The notes under the pieces: model-generated
The model's database searches: none
What the model saw: only the letters and a program-made list of their open reading frames with translations
Told to the model about the DNA's origin: nothing
From: an uncultured bacterium
GTDB taxonomy: Bacteria; JAJVIF01; JAPKYR01
Length of the DNA stretch: 15,642 bases
Assembly: GCA_965369865.1 (NCBI GenBank)
Contig: CBDURU010000085.1
Span: 1-15,642, forward strand
Direction of reading: 5' to 3'
Position numbers and translations under genes: made by a program
Part shown: positions 14,479 to 15,642 of the stretch, piece by piece
Layout of the letters: every line of letters starts with the position of its first letter
Position numbering within the stretch: the stretch's first letter is position 1

Positions 14479-15573
14479 ATGAAACTCGCTATCGTACATG
14501 AATGGCTGACAGGTCTGGGGGGAGCGGAACGATGCCTCAAGGTATTCACCGAATTGTGGCCCGACGCGCCGATTTTCGCGACCGTCTACAACCGGGGTAA
14601 ATTTTCCGACTGGTTTCCGCCCGGTAAAGTCACGACGAGTTACATCCAGAATTTCCCGAACGCGTTGAAATGGTACCGCCACTACCTCGCGTTCATGCCG
14701 AGAGCGGTTGAATCGTACGATCTTCGCGGGTACGATGCCGTGCTTTCATCGAGCCACTGCGCCGCGGGCGGAGTAAAACCAGATGAGGGCGCTGTGCATG
14801 TTTCATACATCTACACCCCGATGCGGTATGTCTGGGACCTTGTCGATATTTACACTTCGAACATGGGGCCGCTCATCCGTACGATTTTCCAGAGCCAGGT
14901 GCCGAGGCTCAGGAGGTGGGATGTCGAGCGTTCGAAAAGAGTGACGCATTTCCTGCCGATTTCCGAAACAGTCCGCGAACGTATTAACAGGATTTATAAT
15001 CGCGACGGAAAAGTGGTTTACCCTCCGGTACGGGATAAATTGTTCCAGCCCTGCAGGCCGGACGAGAAGGAGGATTATTTCCTCGTTCTTTCAAGGCTGG
15101 TTCCATATAAGCGTATCGATCTCGCGGTAGAAGCGTGCACTCGCATGAAAAAACGGCTGATAGTAGCCGGGGACGGCGGGCAGCTTGCCAGATTGAAATC
15201 TATCGCGGGGGATACAATAGAATTTATCGGTTTTGTTGCGGAGGAGGATGTCCCGCCGCTGATTTCGAAAGCCAAAGCATTATTCCACCCGTCGCTTGAG
15301 GATTTTGGAATTGTACCGGGCGAGGCGGCATGCGCGGGCACTCCGACAATCGCGTACGGGGTAGGGGGCGCAAGTGAAACCGTGATTGATGGAGTGACGG
15401 GTGTATTTTTCATGGAGCAGGAAGTGGAGAAGGTAATTGAAGCGGTAGAAAAATTCGAGAACCTGAATTTCGATGTGAGTGAACTCAGAAAGCAGGGGGA
15501 AAAATTCAGCGAGGAAAGGTTCCGTCAGGAGATATGGGATCAAGTGAATGCAGCAGTAAGGGGGGAGTGGTGA
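14479..15573 (+). CDS. Glycosyltransferase family 4 (WbaZ-like)
   Basis: MKLAIVHEWL...GGAER, DL.GYD.VLSSSH, YTPMRYVWD, VVYPPV, SRLVPYKRIDL and EDFGIVPGEA..AGTPTIAYG.GGA.ETV. Confidence 0.93.
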   Translation: MKLAIVHEWLTGLGGAERCLKVFTELWPDAPIFATVYNRGKFSDWFPPGKVTTSYIQNFPNALKWYRHYLAFMPRAVESYDLRGYDAVLSSSHCAAGGVKPDEGAVHVSYIYTPMRYVWDLVDIYTSNMGPLIRTIFQSQVPRLRRWDVERSKRVTHFLPISETVRERINRIYNRDGKVVYPPVRDKLFQPCRPDEKEDYFLVLSRLVPYKRIDLAVEACTRMKKRLIVAGDGGQLARLKSIAGDTIEFIGFVAEEDVPPLISKAKALFHPSLEDFGIVPGEAACAGTPTIAYGVGGASETVIDGVTGVFFMEQEVEKVIEAVEKFENLNFDVSELRKQGEKFSEERFRQEIWDQVNAAVRGEW

Positions 15574-15595
15574 GAGTATATAAACAGAACCAACT

Positions 15596-15642
15596 AAACA
15601 GAGCCACGACCGTCAGGGAGTACAATATATTATCAATACTCC
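15596..15642 (+). repeat. REP-like family A copy followed by the apparent start of an inverted copy (truncated by window end)
   Basis: aaacagagccacgaccgtcagggagt (15596-15621) is identical to part of array unit 3. The last bases tactcc (15637-15642) are the reverse complement of ggagta (15617-15622). Confidence 0.88.

Noticed and set aside
1..15642. Whole window as a composite transposon or integrative element using FtsK as a conjugative coupling protein
   Set aside because: FtsK has the chromosomal TM + alpha/beta/gamma architecture. No integrase, relaxase or transposase is present and the cargo is housekeeping.

Overview
Bacterial chromosomal segment, probably from a diderm (two secreted beta-barrel-like paralogues). 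It has about 12 mostly housekeeping or envelope genes: two outer-membrane beta-barrel paralogues (-), ftsK, a short WD40 protein, mgtE, a penicillin-acylase-family Ntn hydrolase, a small DUF5658-like membrane protein (-), a secreted six-hairpin-glycosidase-like protein (-), and an operon of an orphan ABC-2-type permease plus three GT4 glycosyltransferases. I see no transposase, integrase, cas gene, tRNA or rRNA. The unusual signal is non-coding. (1) A REP-like hairpin family (AGAGCCRCGACCGTMAGGGAGT) occurs 7 times, in tandem and inverted arrays, and at both window ends. (2) An unrelated ~103-bp structured tandem array follows ftsK. (3) A set of mutually exclusive hairpins precedes the WD40-mgtE genes. 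(4) A CCUCCUCCC-containing 3' UTR sits in front of a terminator. I cannot show from sequence alone that any of this is a new biological system. The structured repeat arrays are the best candidates. All family assignments are motif recognition by eye, not database results.
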